Below, piece after piece: positions 1-13,183 of a stretch of DNA of 62,208 nucleotides. The stretch's first letter is position 1, and every line of letters begins with the position of its first letter. Made by a program: the position numbers and the translations under genes. This stretch comes from Octopus bimaculoides (Eukaryota): positions 46,569,739-46,631,946 of the forward strand of contig NC_068990.1 in NCBI RefSeq assembly GCF_001194135.2, given 5' to 3'. The notes under the pieces were generated by a model. It ran no database searches, was not told the origin of the DNA, and was given only the letters and a program-made list of their open reading frames with translations.

Positions 1-798
1 ATATATATATATATATGTATGTATATATATATGTATGTATCTTCTCTTCTGCTTTTAATTATTCCAAGTCATCCTGTAAGGAAGGAGCTGGATTCTAACA
101 AAGATACAAAGCTCCATAGTTAGAATGTAGATGACGACTCACATCTTGAACTTGAGACAAGTCTTGCATATTTTTACTGTTCCGCTTACAGATTGTATTT
201 GTGTGTGATAACCGGTTGATTTTCTTAGTTTTTTTGAAAACCTTAGCTTTTCCAGATAACTTAGGCATTTACTCACTTGTATTATGTATTGTGTTGTGTG
301 TGTGTATGTATGTGTGTACTGGGTATTTAAACTGCAACCGATAATGGGGTCCTGGTGCGGGAATTCTTGGGTGCTGAGGAGTGTGGAACCACCTCTTTCC
401 CACTATTGTTCTCGGGTTTACTCTGATCCAGAGAAGTAGCATCTATCAGAGCTCCAATTATGGGTGATTATCATATTAGGGCTTGGCTACCTATGCATAT
501 TAAGACAAGATGTAGTGGACTCTGCGGAAGAAACCTCAGTGTTCAACAGAGGGGAAGGCGAAGGCAGCAACGCACTCTGGAGTGCAGAGAGCACAATGTG
601 GACAATAAGACATCTTGGTCATCCACTGAATTTGTTGCCATCCTCAGTCGTCTTGACTGAATTTGCTACTGGATTGAAGATGGTCGCGCGCGCGCGCGAG
701 AGAGAGAGAGGTTGACAGTGCGCAAGTCATCAGTCATCAGTCATCAGTCATCCTTAAGGAAGACGAGGTGGTCCTCGTTGCTCCGACGGACGAACAGG

Positions 799-886
799 AT
801 GTACGTACGTATGTATGTATGCATGTATGTATGTATGTATGCATGTATGTATGTATGTATGTATGTATGTATGTATGTATGTATGT
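799..886 (+). repeat. (GTAT)n microsatellite
   Basis: Direct reading; representative of many (TA)n, (CA)n, (GA)n, (TATC)n, (TATG)n tracts in the window. Confidence 0.97.
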
Positions 887-2363
887 TTCAAGCTGTAGGT
901 CACAATTGTGTATCTATGTGGCACATTTTCTCAAATAGTTCAAAATTACGTGACTTGAACTGAAATTCTTTTTAGAACTCCAGATAGTACAATTAAAGTT
1001 ACTATATTCACCCAAGCCCCGCAATAAACATTGGGAAAATTTTCGGAATAGAAAGGTTATTCATTTAAAGTAATTATTCAAACTAGCAGTACCCGAGGAA
1101 ATTCCGCAGTCTATTTTGTGGCACAGTGTCAATCATAAACTCATAAATATCTCTCCACTGGTTTATAATATCCTGTTATTTTCTTCATAATCCGTTGACA
1201 AATTTCTACGGAAATCTTGTCAATTCTTTTCGGTCATGTTTTCAGGTCTAACGTGTTTTCTCATTCGGGCTTGTGCAAAATATTCTTGCCTATTACCATT
1301 GTCCATATTTTGCCTTCTTTCGTGAATAGTGATTCCCAATCTTTTCCTATAGAGACACACACCCATCACTTTCTCTCTCTCTCTCTCTCTCTGTCTCCCT
1401 ATCTCTCTTTCTCACACACACACACACACAAACACACAGTTCATTATTGTTTGTGTATGTGACACGAGCATTTGTGTGTGTAAATGTGTTCGTGTACATA
1501 TGCCGGTAGCGTTCCTTTGAATTTCTCTCACTTTGTCATATACAATCTTATCCTTTCTCTTTTAAGAGTATGACTGATTTTTTACACAACAGGAATCTAT
1601 CGTTAACACATCCATATTATAATAGATTAATACACTATTGTCTTTAAACTAGTATGTTGTAAACGGAAATTTAAGAAACGTAACGTAAATATTTTATTTC
1701 AGGTTCGATGTGAATTAACTTAATTTTTCACGCATCGTATTCCCGATGGCTCAGATTCAAATAATTCTTAGTGAATCAACAGATCTACAGACCTGAACGA
1801 ACAGGAAATTGTCAGTATATTTTGCGCAATTTATCCAAAGTTATATGTATGTGTGTGTTATATATGTATGTATACACGTACAATATATGTATACTCACAA
1901 TCTATCTATCTATCTATCTATCTCGCACAGATGTTAGGGTTGTTAAACTAAATAACAAGCATTTAACTGATATAAGGGCTAGATGGAAGTTGTAGAATGA
2001 AATTCAAACACGCAAGTATTGGCTCTGTCTTCAAGTTTCGCCTCTCTAGGTTTATTCAAATACCTTCTTAGTCCCCCCCCCCGCTCCTACTCTCTCTTTA
2101 GTGACATTATTGTAATAACAACGAGTGCTTTCTGAACTTGTTGTAAATGAAGATGAAATGTCGGTGTAGCTTGGCTGAGGAGGATGGACGCTGCCTATCT
2201 GGCTTCATCTTGGATTACACTGCAGGAGGTAAAATCTTCAGCGAAACTCTTAAGATATAAAGTCTTTGGAAGAACTGAGTATGAGAGTGATGTCACGCTG
2301 ACAGTCGTACGTTTGTGTGTGTGTGTGGGGGGTGTATGTCTATTAGTGTGTGATTGCGTGTGT

Positions 2364-2551
2364 GAGGGAGAGGGAGAAGAGAGAGGGGGAGAGAGTGAGA
2401 GAGTGAGAGAGAGGGAAAGAGAAAAAGACAGAGAGGGGGAGAATGAAAGACGGAGAGAGAAAAAGAGAGCGAGAGAGCAAGTGAAAGTGAGAAGAAAAGG
2501 GAGAGTGAGAGGGGGAAGAGAGGGAGGGAGAAAGAGGGATGGAGAGAGAAG

Positions 2552-2588
<37 letters not shown>

Positions 2589-2760
2589 AGAGAGAAGGGG
2601 GAAACAGTGGTCAGTGGAACACAGTGTGCCAAAACGATGATACATAGACGTGGAATGTGACGGACATCAGTTTGCCATGATAGAGAGAGGGAGGGAGATA
2701 GAGAAAAAGAGAGAGAGGGACGGGAGGGTGGAGAGAGGAGAGAGGGGGGGAGAGAGATAA
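2364..2760 (+). repeat. ~400 bp GA-rich low-complexity purine tract
   Basis: Almost only A/G apart from one ~70 bp interruption; explains the spurious RE/SL-rich ORFs. Confidence 0.9.
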
Positions 2761-2930
2761 AGGTGAAGCGTGAAGCTAAGAGAAAAATATCAAAAACGCA
2801 TTGCATATAGGTCTATTCCATGCTTCTGTGGGTATGTGTGTGTGCACGTATGCGCGTATACGTATGTGTATATGTGCGTGCGAGTGTGTGCATGTGTGTG
2901 TGTGTGTGCGCATGTGTGTTACCGTGTCGA

Positions 2931-2938
2931 TGACGTCA
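2931..2938. promoter_or_regulatory. Perfect CRE (TGACGTCA)
   Basis: gaTGACGTCAta in a unique CpG-containing stretch (2.9-3.15 kb). Motif match only. Confidence 0.4.
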
Positions 2939-4173
2939 TACAGCTATAGGTGAGTGAAGTCATCGGAAAGATATGACAAAGTCGCACTGCTAAAGCGGCA
3001 TAGAAAGAGCGAGCGCCATACGTGTAGCGACTGTGCCAGGCAGAAATGCGCGGTGACACAGTGTCGATAGACTGAACAGATGCGTGTAGTGACTGGGCAA
3101 CTGACACGTGTGTCTCGGTGTGTGGGAGCATGAGTGGCTACATAGAGCAACGCAAATCAATATCACTGACAGTTCCCCCCCCCCCACACACATTGTAAAT
3201 GTGCATGTGTGTGTGTGTGTGTACGCATACACACGCGCTCACACAACACATATACAACACTTTTTATTATATCTCTCTTTCCCCACATTACATGTATATG
3301 CGTGTGCTTATATATATATATATANNNNNNNNNNNNNNNNNNNNNNNNNNNNNNNNNNNNNNNNNNNNNNNNNNNNNNNNNNNNNNNNNNNNNNNNNNNN
3401 NNNNNNNNNNNNNNNNNNNNNNNNNNNNNNNNNNNNNNNNNNNNNNNNNNNNNNNNNNNNNNNNNNNNNNNNNNNNNNNNNNNNNNNNNNNNNNNNNNNN
3501 NNNNNNNNNNNNNNNNNNNNNNNNNNNNNNNNNNNNNNNNNNNNNNNNNNNNNNNNNNNNNNNNNNNNNNNNNNNNNNNNNNNNNNNNNNNNNNNNNNNN
3601 NNNNNNNNNNNNNNNNNNNNNNNNNNNNNNNNNNNNNNNNNNNNNNNNNNNNNNNNNNNNNNNNNNNNNNNNNNNNNNNNNNNNNNNNNNNNNNNNNNNN
3701 NNNNNNNNNNNNNNNNNNNNNNNNNNNNNNNNNNNNNNNNNNNNNNNNNNNNNNNNNNNNNNNNNNNNNNNNNNNNNNNNNNNNNNNNNNNNNNNNNNNN
3801 NNNNNNNNNNNNNNNNNNNNNNNNNNNNNNNNNNNNNNNNNNNNNNNNNNNNNNNNNNNNNNNNNNNNNNNNNNNNNNNNNNNNNNNNNNNNNNNNNNNN
3901 NNNNNNNNNNNNNNNNNNNNNNNNNNNNNNNNNNNNNNNNNNNNNNNNNNNNNNNNNNNNNNNNNNNNNNNNNNNNNNNNNNNNNNNNNNNNNNNNNNNN
4001 NNNNNNNNNNNNNNNNNNNNNNNNNNNNNNNNNNNNNNNNNNNNNNNNNNNNNNNNNNNNNNNNNNNNNNNNNNNNNNNNNNNNNNNNNNNNNNNNNNNN
4101 NNNNNNNNNNNNNNNNATATATATATTCATATATACACAAACAAACATTAATATGAATCTGCATATATATTCA

Positions 4174-4311
4174 TTTCAAATTTTGGCTCAAAATCAGCAA
4201 TTTTGGGGAGGTACTGAGTCCATTAGACCGACCCCAGTTCTTGACTGAAACTTATTTCATCGATTCCCGTATTGATGAAAGGCAAAGTCGACCACGGTGG
4301 TATTAGAACTC
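4174..4311 (-). mobile_element. SINE family A fragment (tRNA head, MetaSINE-like core)
   Basis: Reverse complement of core gtcgactttgcctttcatc...gatgaaataag and tail ...aaatttgaaa. Confidence 0.75.
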
Positions 4312-4564
4312 ATGAATATTTATATACGTTGATAACATGTTTTTATATCATGCTAAATGTAAAAACAAATTTAACATTAAAGTGAAGGATTATTCAATAC
4401 TTGTGCTTGAGAACATACAGATTTTAAGAACGAAAACTTTGGTAGTGACTTCGAAGTTTTGGCTTACTTGCCTTCATCATACAGTGTACACACTCGCACA
4501 TACATGTTTTTAGATACACACATACGTGTGTGTGTGTGTGCATGTATATATACGTATATGTATG

Positions 4565-4606
<42 letters not shown>

Positions 4607-4719
4607 TACATGCATTCATACAATATATATATATGCATATTTATTACAAAGAATGAGAGAGAAAAGGAGAGAGAGAGAGAAAAGGAGAGTAAGAGAGAGA
4701 GAGAGAGAGAGAAAGAGGA

Positions 4720-4764
<45 letters not shown>

Positions 4765-4954
4765 AACATAGGTAATAGACAGCAGCCAGACATAGATAAT
4801 AGACAAGCAACAGAAATATTGGTTTTTACAAAAGTAGATTTCCAATGCGTGTTCCGCGAGCTGATATGACATCATACTAACATGTGGGGGAAGCGAGAGA
4901 TGAAAAGAGGTATTGCGATAAAAAGATGAAAGCCTAGGCTACTATGACACATTC

Positions 4955-4962
4955 TGACGTCA
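4955..4962. promoter_or_regulatory. Perfect CRE (TGACGTCA) with nearby TGACATCA/TGACA variants
   Basis: tcTGACGTCAta; TGACATCA at ~4867; TGACATGTGTCA at ~4968. Motif match only. Confidence 0.35.
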
Positions 4963-5219
4963 TAATATGACATGTGTCACGACCAAAGTCCAGAAATGAT
5001 GCAGATACGGTTTATCTCACATTTTCTTTATATCAACCGATATCTACCTTTATCTGTACAGTATTCTGTGTCCCTTCATAAACTTCTTATTTAAATATTT
5101 TTTATACAGATGAATGCATAGTTTAGTGAGTGTGTATGCGTGTATGTGGTATATGTATGAATATACATTCATATGCATATACACAAATATATATATACTT
5201 ACACGTGTGTATACATATA

Positions 5220-5263
<44 letters not shown>

Positions 5264-5416
5264 TATATATATATATATGTATGTATATATATATATATAT
5301 AAACATACATACATATATGCCTTGATGTAAGTATATATGTTAAAAAAAGTGAAGTATACATACGCACATACAAATCTATAGGGTATATGTTTATATACAT
5401 TAAAAATATGGTATGC

Positions 5417-5448
<32 letters not shown>

Positions 5449-5603
5449 NNNNNNNNNNNNNNNNNNNNNNNNNNNNNNNNNNNNNNNNNNNNNNNNNNNN
5501 NNNNNNNNNNNNNNNNNNNNNNNNNNNNNNNNNNNNNNNNNNNNNNNNNNNNNNNNNNNNNNNNNNNNNNNNNNNNNNNNNNNNNNNNNNNNNATATATA
5601 TAC

Positions 5604-5636
<33 letters not shown>

Positions 5637-5675
5637 CATATATATATATGTATGCGTACCTATATATGTATGTAA

Positions 5676-5725
<50 letters not shown>

Positions 5726-6344
5726 GTGTGCGCGTCTCTGCGTGTATGTTTGCATACTTCACCGTTATTCATATATCTTTATTTAACCTATCCAATCACA
5801 TACAACCTCCATACACATATGCACATATACCTTATCTGGAAACCGCTCCTGCGCTAACTGAAAGTTAATCCGACATTTTACTGTTTAAAATATGAAAACA
5901 CACTCACCCATAGACACGTATCTCTCTGTGCGTGTGCAAATACCTCTGTGCATGTCTGTATGTATCTATCTATTCATGTACATATATCTGCAAGGAGTGT
6001 TCGTTATGATGAGTAGAAATCTTAAAATATTTATTGATATTAAGTGATCAAGTTTTGTAGGCCAATATCTATGGAAGGAAGTGTGGTGGTATATGTGATT
6101 CAGAAACCAGTGGAAACATGGGTGCAGCAAAAGATAAATGTCGCTTTCATAAGCGCAAAGTTGACGGTGCATTTAAGAAGTACACTTCAACTACGTGTAT
6201 CCGGTTTCGATATTACCTCATGGCACCTCACCCAAGTATTAACTACCAATGGCCTCGGTTCGAATGATACTCTGCGAGTGGAAACCCACCGTTTGTGCGG
6301 GTGAATATGTATGTGGGTTTATAAAGCTATACATGTTTATACAT

Positions 6345-6650
6345 CTTGCCATCAGGATACAGGACAAGATATTGCAACAACTTGGGTTTCAAGGGACCAC
6401 AGCTCTTTAATATCGCCCCCTGCATGGAATCGATGCAGGTGTCTTCGAAGCAAAACTGGATCTCCCCCTGGCAAGAGTTCCGGATGACTCTGTCCCGCAA
6501 CAAGAAACACAGATGAGGACAGCAACATCAAACTCTCTTATTCACCAAATGCCACATATCAGAGGAGATTTAGTGAAAGTGCAGCCAAGCTAACTGCGGT
6601 ACTGCAGCATGGCCACAGCTCCCGAGCTGAAACTCGTAAAGAAAAAAGTA
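6345..6650 (+). mobile_element. CR1/L2-group LINE 3' end (ORF2 C-terminus plus 3' UTR), 5'-truncated
   Basis: With one frameshift translates to RTRYCNNLGFKGPQLFNI/LHGIDAGVFEAKLDLPLARVPDDSVPQQETQMRTATSNSLIHQMP..*, resembling the CR1-type ORF2 tail (GPxLFN...F..KLD..L..VPD.P...R.A.SNSL..Q). Stop at 6591-6593, then stem-loop and A-rich tail. Confidence 0.8.
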
Positions 6651-6685
6651 TGTCTTATGGTGTGGTTACTATTGTGCTCAGTAAT

Positions 6686-7183
6686 ATTGGTTTCAAATTT
6701 GGCTAAAGGCATCAATTTGGGNNNNNNNNNNNNNNNNNNNNNNNNNNNNNNNNNNNNNNNNNNNNNNNNNNNNNNNNNNNNNNNNNNNNNNNNNNNNNNN
6801 NNNNNNNNNNNNNNNNNNNNNNNNNNNNNNNNNNNNNNNNNNNNNNNNNNNNNNNNNNNNNNNNNNNNNNNNNNNNNNNNNNNNNGCGGCATTTGAACTC
6901 AGAACGTAAAGGCGGACGAAATGCAACCAAGCCCTGTGTGCTTAGGATTCTTATTTCTTTACTGCCAACAAGGTGCTACACACAGAGGGGACAAACAAGG
7001 ACAGACAAACGGATTAAGTCGATTATATCGACCCCAGTGCGTAACTGGTACTTATTTAATCGACCCCGGAAGGATGAAAGTCAAAGTCGACCTCGGTGGA
7101 ATTTGAACTCAGAACGTAAAGACAGATGAAAAAGCGCTAAGCATTTCGCCCAGCGTGCTAACGATTCTGCCAGCTCACCGCCC
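6686..7183 (-). mobile_element. Dimeric SINE family A (second monomer partly in N-gap)
   Basis: Head ggcggtgagctggcagaatcgttagc (A box), gttcaaattcc (B box), core, tail variant tgtccttgtttgtcccctctg, second head, terminal aaatttgaaacc at 6686-6700. Confidence 0.85.
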
Positions 7184-8232
7184 TCACTGTACTAAGCAAC
7201 ACTACCAGATATGATACATAGAAAAGATGTAGGGAAAAGTATGATAAATACAAGATGCAGTTTATATCATTTGTGTCATATGTACGTTTCTCCAATCGTG
7301 ATTATTTGCATCCTCTGCAGTGGGTGTTCCAAGTGCAATTGGATGCTGAACCCAAACAGTTATTCAGAGGAACACTTTATGCATTGTTTATACAAAGCAA
7401 ATGTTTATGTATTTATGCTTGCATGTATGTACGTATGGTGCATGTATGTATGTATGTGTGCATATATGTATATGTATGTTTGTGTTTGTATGTGTGCGTA
7501 TGTGCGCATGCGAGCTTACATGCGTGCTTACGTGCACACGCGCGTGGGTGCGTGTGCGTACGTGCGTATGTGTGTATTAGGTGTAGATCAAACTACGATG
7601 TGAATGTCTACTGAGAAATATATAAGAAAAGTGGGTTGGTATACACATACTTTAAAATAGCTTAGTAACTAAAAGTTCAGTATGAAGAATGCTAAAAGTT
7701 CAGCTGTAATGTCCAAAGAAGACTGGGTTACATCATAAACAATATTTGTTTACCATAACAAAATGTATTGCAGAAAAGAAAATTGTCAAATAATAACATT
7801 TAATAAGTGACATGTGGAGGAATGTGTGGCAATAACGGGCTGATTGACGTGGCTTTGGAGCAATATAAGATAGTTCTGTTAGAAATGACAAAATATCACC
7901 AGTGAAATAATGTCAGTTAGGTTTCAGAGAGCCCCTTCGTTCGCGCGCGTAGAGCAATGTCCACGAAAAGTCTTTGGTTGCTATTAGTTGCGACGTTGCA
8001 AAATTATATAACACGTTTGAGTCTTTCTTTCTTGTTTTGACAATATTTCAACGTTTATGATGAGAGTTCACTGCACACGCAATCACACATATATAAAAAC
8101 AAACACAGATATAAATAAGTGGTGTGTGTGTGTGTGTGTTTGTATGTGTGATTGTGTGAGCGTGCGTGCACGCATATTATGTCTCTTTCTCGCTCTCACA
8201 CATACTCTCTCTCTATGTATATTTATATACAT

Positions 8233-8287
<55 letters not shown>

Positions 8288-8314
8288 CTCACACACACAC
8301 ACACACATAAGCGC

Positions 8315-8705
8315 ATGCGTGGCTGTGTGGTAAGTAGCTTTCTTACCATCCACATGGTTCCGGGTTCAGTCCCATTGCATGGCACCTTGGGCAAGTGGTT
8401 TCAACTATAGCCTCGGGTCGACCAAAGCCTTGTGAGTGGATTTGGTAGACGGAAACTGAAAGAAGCATATCATATATATATATATTTGTTTGTGTGGATT
8501 TGTCATCTCGCCATCGCTTGACAGTCGACGCTGATGTGCTTATGTCCCCGTACATTGGCGGTTCGGCAAAAAAGACCGATAGAATAACTACTAGACTTAC
8601 AAAGAATAAGTCCTGGGGTCGATTTTTTTTCGACTAACACCCTTTAAGGCGGTGCTCCAGCATGGCTGCAGTTAAATGACTGAAACAAGTAAAAGAATAA
8701 AAGAA
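8315..8705 (+). mobile_element. SINE family B (tRNA head, ccttgggcaag core, LINE-like 3' tail), near full length
   Basis: tggctgtgtggtaag...ggttcagtccc...ggcaccttgggcaag...ggcggtgctccagcatggctgcagttaaatgactgaaacaagtaaaaga. Other copies at ~13010-13400, 21630-21800, 24170-24340, 37845-37980 (+) and 32100-32470, 49290-49670, 52085-52155, 61990-62160 (-). Confidence 0.85.
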
Positions 8706-9249
8706 TATGTATATATGTTTATAAATTGTGTGTGTGTGTGTGTGTGTGTATTAGATAGCTAGCTAGATAGATAGATACAACAAGGCCTTAGCTATAATAT
8801 TGAACTATATAAAAATATAATCAAATGACGTTTATTATGCTTTCGTTGTGCAGAAAACAGACGAGGGAGTCTCCTGACTGACAGTTTCACGACTTGGTGA
8901 TCGCTTTTCAGAGATGACGTACCCGATCTACTTCTGCAGGCGTTAAAATGTTGAAATGACATATAAAATTAAACACTCTATGGCATCAACTGGAGAAGGA
9001 AACTGTGTATGTCTTCTCTGAGGGTTGACCACCAAATCATGAAACTGTAGGTCGAGAGAGCTACTGCACTTTCTCCGGCACTTCGAATGCACGGAAGGGA
9101 TGTGTTTACAATACATTCTTATATAGTGTATTAACACAGCTAAAACTTTAAAATATATTTATTTGCAGTATTTCCGATCGACGCTGTGCTACGTTTACAC
9201 ACACACACACATACATGTATATTTATTAATAGCAAGGTTGTCAGGCGGA

Positions 9250-9460
9250 GAACTGGAAGAGTCGTTAGCACACCGATATAAATATTCAGCGGAATTTCGT
9301 CCGTCTTTACGTTCTGAGTTCAAATTCCGCCGAAGTCGACTTTGCTTTTCATTCTGTCGAGGTCGATAAAATAAGTAGCAGTTTAGCACTGGGTTCAATA
9401 TAATCGGCTTACCCGCTCGCCCGAAAATTTTAGATTTGTGCCAAAATTTGAAACCAATAT
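9250..9460 (+). mobile_element. SINE family A monomer
   Basis: ggcggagaactgg...gttcaaattccgcc...gtcgataaaataagtagcag...aaatttgaaaccaatatt. Confidence 0.85.
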
Positions 9461-9500
9461 TGAGAGTGTTGAGTGAAATAGCAAAAGCATTTCCTTAATA

Positions 9501-9973
9501 CAGTAATTCCTTGACTATAGCGGGAGTTACGTTCCAAAACCTCCCGTGATAGGTGAAAATTCGTGAAGTAGAAACAGTACTGTATATTTTTTATTGTTAT
9601 TTTTATAATTTGTATATATTTATTTTATTATAAATGCAAAACAACACTACACATTCGCCTCCGAGTCGTTTTTCATACAGTATGTGCGATTCTTTGTTAG
9701 CTCAGTACACTACGTATTTTCTTTTAATATATTCTAATTAATGTGTTATACAATGCAGTACTGTACTGTATTTTTATTTATTAGTTTATTAATTTTTATT
9801 CGCGAAAATGCTTATTTTACCACAGAAACAATTTAAATCTAAAAAAATATAAATACTTATCGGCTGCAGAAACCCTGAGGAGACCGCGATATAAATTTAC
9901 ATATATTAGTCAGAAAAATCCGCGATGTACTGAGGGCGCGATAGGTGAGCAACGATATGGCGATTGATAACTG
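9501..9973. mobile_element. Tigger/pogo-type MITE with TA target duplication
   Basis: TA|CAGTAATTCCTTGACTATAGCG ... CGATATGGCGATTGATAACTG|TA; decayed CAGT-type TIRs, AT-rich non-coding interior. Confidence 0.7.
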
Positions 9974-10195
9974 TAGAGTCAAATGTAGACATTTAAGGGT
10001 CGACTGTGACTTCGGATTTCACTTCTGGAGATTTAATCAAACGGTATTTCTATCTTTCTCACACTCACAACCACTTAATAACCATAGGGTTATGGCCGTT
10101 TCTTAGCCTTCATCATGTAATAATAATTTCACTGCATAATAAATTATTTTACATGTCTGCATCAATATGCATACTACACATTGCACACACACGCA

Positions 10196-10266
<71 letters not shown>

Positions 10267-10760
10267 ACACGTGTGTGTGTGTGTGTGTAGATGGTCTTGG
10301 GATGGTTGGATTGCTTGTGTATATATTCAATTTTGCTGTTGCCTTACTTGTAGGATTAATAAATAATAGATGCTAAGTCGAGGGTAGCGTTGAGGTTGTC
10401 GATGATGTTAGATGCGTTCCTGCCATCGTGAAGAAGCTTAAGTTCTTAAAGATGTGATGTAGTTCTTTACTAAGTTTATCAGTTTCTTTTTTGTGAGTAG
10501 TAACTTTTTAGGTGTGGACCGTTGTCTCTGTAGAGACCATCTATATATACACACCGCATGTGTGTATGTGTATGTACATGTGTGTATGTGTATGTACATG
10601 TATGTATGTGTATGTACATGTATGTATGTGTATGTATATGCATACACACAGACACCTATATATGAGTATATATATGTGTGTATACACACACACATATGAT
10701 CTAATCGTGTTTTTCTTTACACTCCTATATCTATCTGATATCATCATGCTTCTCCTCTCA

Positions 10761-10891
10761 ACGTCACCTGTATTTTATCTACATGACGTCACCATCATTC
10801 GCTTGCAAAGATCATTTCTTCCCTCCCCTCTCCATCCCCCCTCTCTCTCTCTCACTCCCTCACCGCGTCTCTTTCTTTCTCGATGACGTAA
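10761..10891. promoter_or_regulatory. CRE cluster (ACGTCA half-site, TGACGTCA, TGACGTAA)
   Basis: ACGTCA 10761-10766, TGACGTCA 10784-10791, TGACGTAA 10884-10891, around a CT tract. Confidence 0.45.
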
Positions 10892-11381
10892 TCATGATAA
10901 ACTACAATCTTTAAAGAAACTAGATATATTGGAAGTTCTGTTGGAAAATATAGACAGGCCAACAAACTGACTAATATCTAAAGGAAATCGAAATTTTTGT
11001 GATCACACAAATATTTCCTAACAACTTCTATCGCGTCGTTGCTATTATATGCACATGTTATGAATCTTTGTCTTTACTGTATGAGTTGTAGGTGCATCCG
11101 TGTTGTGTATAGTATTCTGCGTACAGAATAAAATTAAGACAGAAGCATATCTATCTATCTATTCATCTATCTGTGTGCGCCCACGCGTATATACATACAT
11201 ACATTCATATGCACTCACACACATACACACACGCAAACACATACACGCACACACACAGATGCACACAGAGAAAGGGGAAAGTATGAGAACTCGCAATAGT
11301 GCCAAAGATAACATCAAAGAAACAATATATGCATATATGCCTCTGTGTGTATGTATATTTGCACACACACGCGCGCCCGCA

Positions 11382-11416
<35 letters not shown>

Positions 11417-11487
11417 TATATATCATATATTTTATATTTATATACGTCTGTGCATTTGTATAGTTATATGTATATAAACACCCCTTA

Positions 11488-11528
<41 letters not shown>

Positions 11529-13121
11529 NNNNNNNNNNNNNNNNNNNNNNNNNNNNNNNNNNNNNNNNNNNNNNNNNNNNNNNNNNNNNNNNNNNNNNNN
11601 NNNNNNNNNNNNNNNNNNNNNNNNNNNNNNNNNNNNNNNNNNNNNNNNNNNNNNNNNNNNNNNNNNNNNNNNNNNNNNNNNNNNNNNNNNNTTGTATAGT
11701 TATATGTATATAAACACCCCTTATATATGTATATATATATATATACAGATATACATATGTATATATATATACGTATACATATACATGTGTATGTTTTATA
11801 TGTATATATGTAAGTACATATACATAGATATATGTGTATATATACCCTAATACATATGTCTAGGTTTTGTATGTTTATGTGTGACGAAAAATGTGATAAG
11901 CAAGAATGAGAGAGAATCAGAGAAATACCGACAGATTTATTACTTATGAGTGAGAAAGAGTTCCACGCGGTGTCTGTTACGCTGCTTTCGGGTCGAGGGA
12001 GAGGGATGCAAGGGCCATCGCCACAGCTTCATCTCTCTGTCGTCTCCCATTAAAAAGCAGAGGAAAGGTGAACAAAAAAACCCCAGATATGTGAAGGATA
12101 AAAAGGAATTCTGAGTTTATAGATGTATATAGTATTGAACTTGTGTACGGTGATTATTTCTTGTGTGCGTTGGTGTGTGTGTGTGTGTGCGCGTGCGCGT
12201 GTTTGTGTGTATATGTGTCTGCGTGTATCTAATTGATTTCGTATGAGTGTTTGTGTTTTAGCATGAGTGTATTCGTGTGTAAATGGTGTCTTTATGAAAA
12301 GTGTGTCTCTTTCATAAGATTGCACTTAGTGAAACATACATGTTCTTGTATATGTATGGATGTGTTTACATATATATGTATAATGGTCTTTGTAATATGT
12401 ACATGTGTGTCTCCAAGCTAGTGTCACTCACTATATGTGATACCACGTGTCAGTAAATGCGAATATACTGCGCATTTTACGCATTGGCTCATGAATACTC
12501 ATATATACATAATACGTACAGGCACAGATATGCGTACACACTCATGTAGATGCATATAAGCACTCTCACATTATTCTTGCATATGCTCAAAGACAAACTA
12601 AACTTCCTGCAAACATGCGCAATGTGTTATACGATTGTATTTATCATGGGTAAATACAATCGTATAAGGGTCGAACGGCCACGTAGAACAGTACTTCTTA
12701 AAAAAAACTGTAGCACCCCCATTGCGTGGGTGTTCTGAGATCACCAGGAGGAAGCAAATCTGAAGGCGCACCATAAGTCGTCGTTTTTCTTAGAAATAAA
12801 ATATTTTAAGCTAAAAGTAATTATCACATATTTAACACATTAAAAATGAAAATCTTTGTCGGGATTGAAATAATTATAGAACATTGTAAGCAGTGAGCAG
12901 AAACACGACTGGTATATATATATTTAGCGAAGGTCTAATATAATTTTGTTATGCAACTGTACTGTCCTTCTTAAGTAATTTTCATAAATATTCAACATAA
13001 GCGCAGACACGTCTATGAGGTTAAGAAGCTCACTTTGCAACCACGTGCTACGAGTTCAATCTCACTGTGCGGTACGTTGAGTAAATGTCTTCTACTTATA
13101 GCCTCGGGCCGAGGCAATGCC

Positions 13122-13183
<62 letters not shown>

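Noticed and set aside
726-752. (GTCATCA)x4, reading CTGATGA on the minus strand
   Set aside because: No stem II or GAAA follows; simple 7-mer repeat. Lone CTGANGA hits at 34201, ~35289, ~52824 and ~53268 also lack the second core half.
1081-1110. Possible Helitron 3' end (hairpin + CTAG) on the minus strand
   Set aside because: Hairpin is imperfect and no 5' end or second copy is visible.
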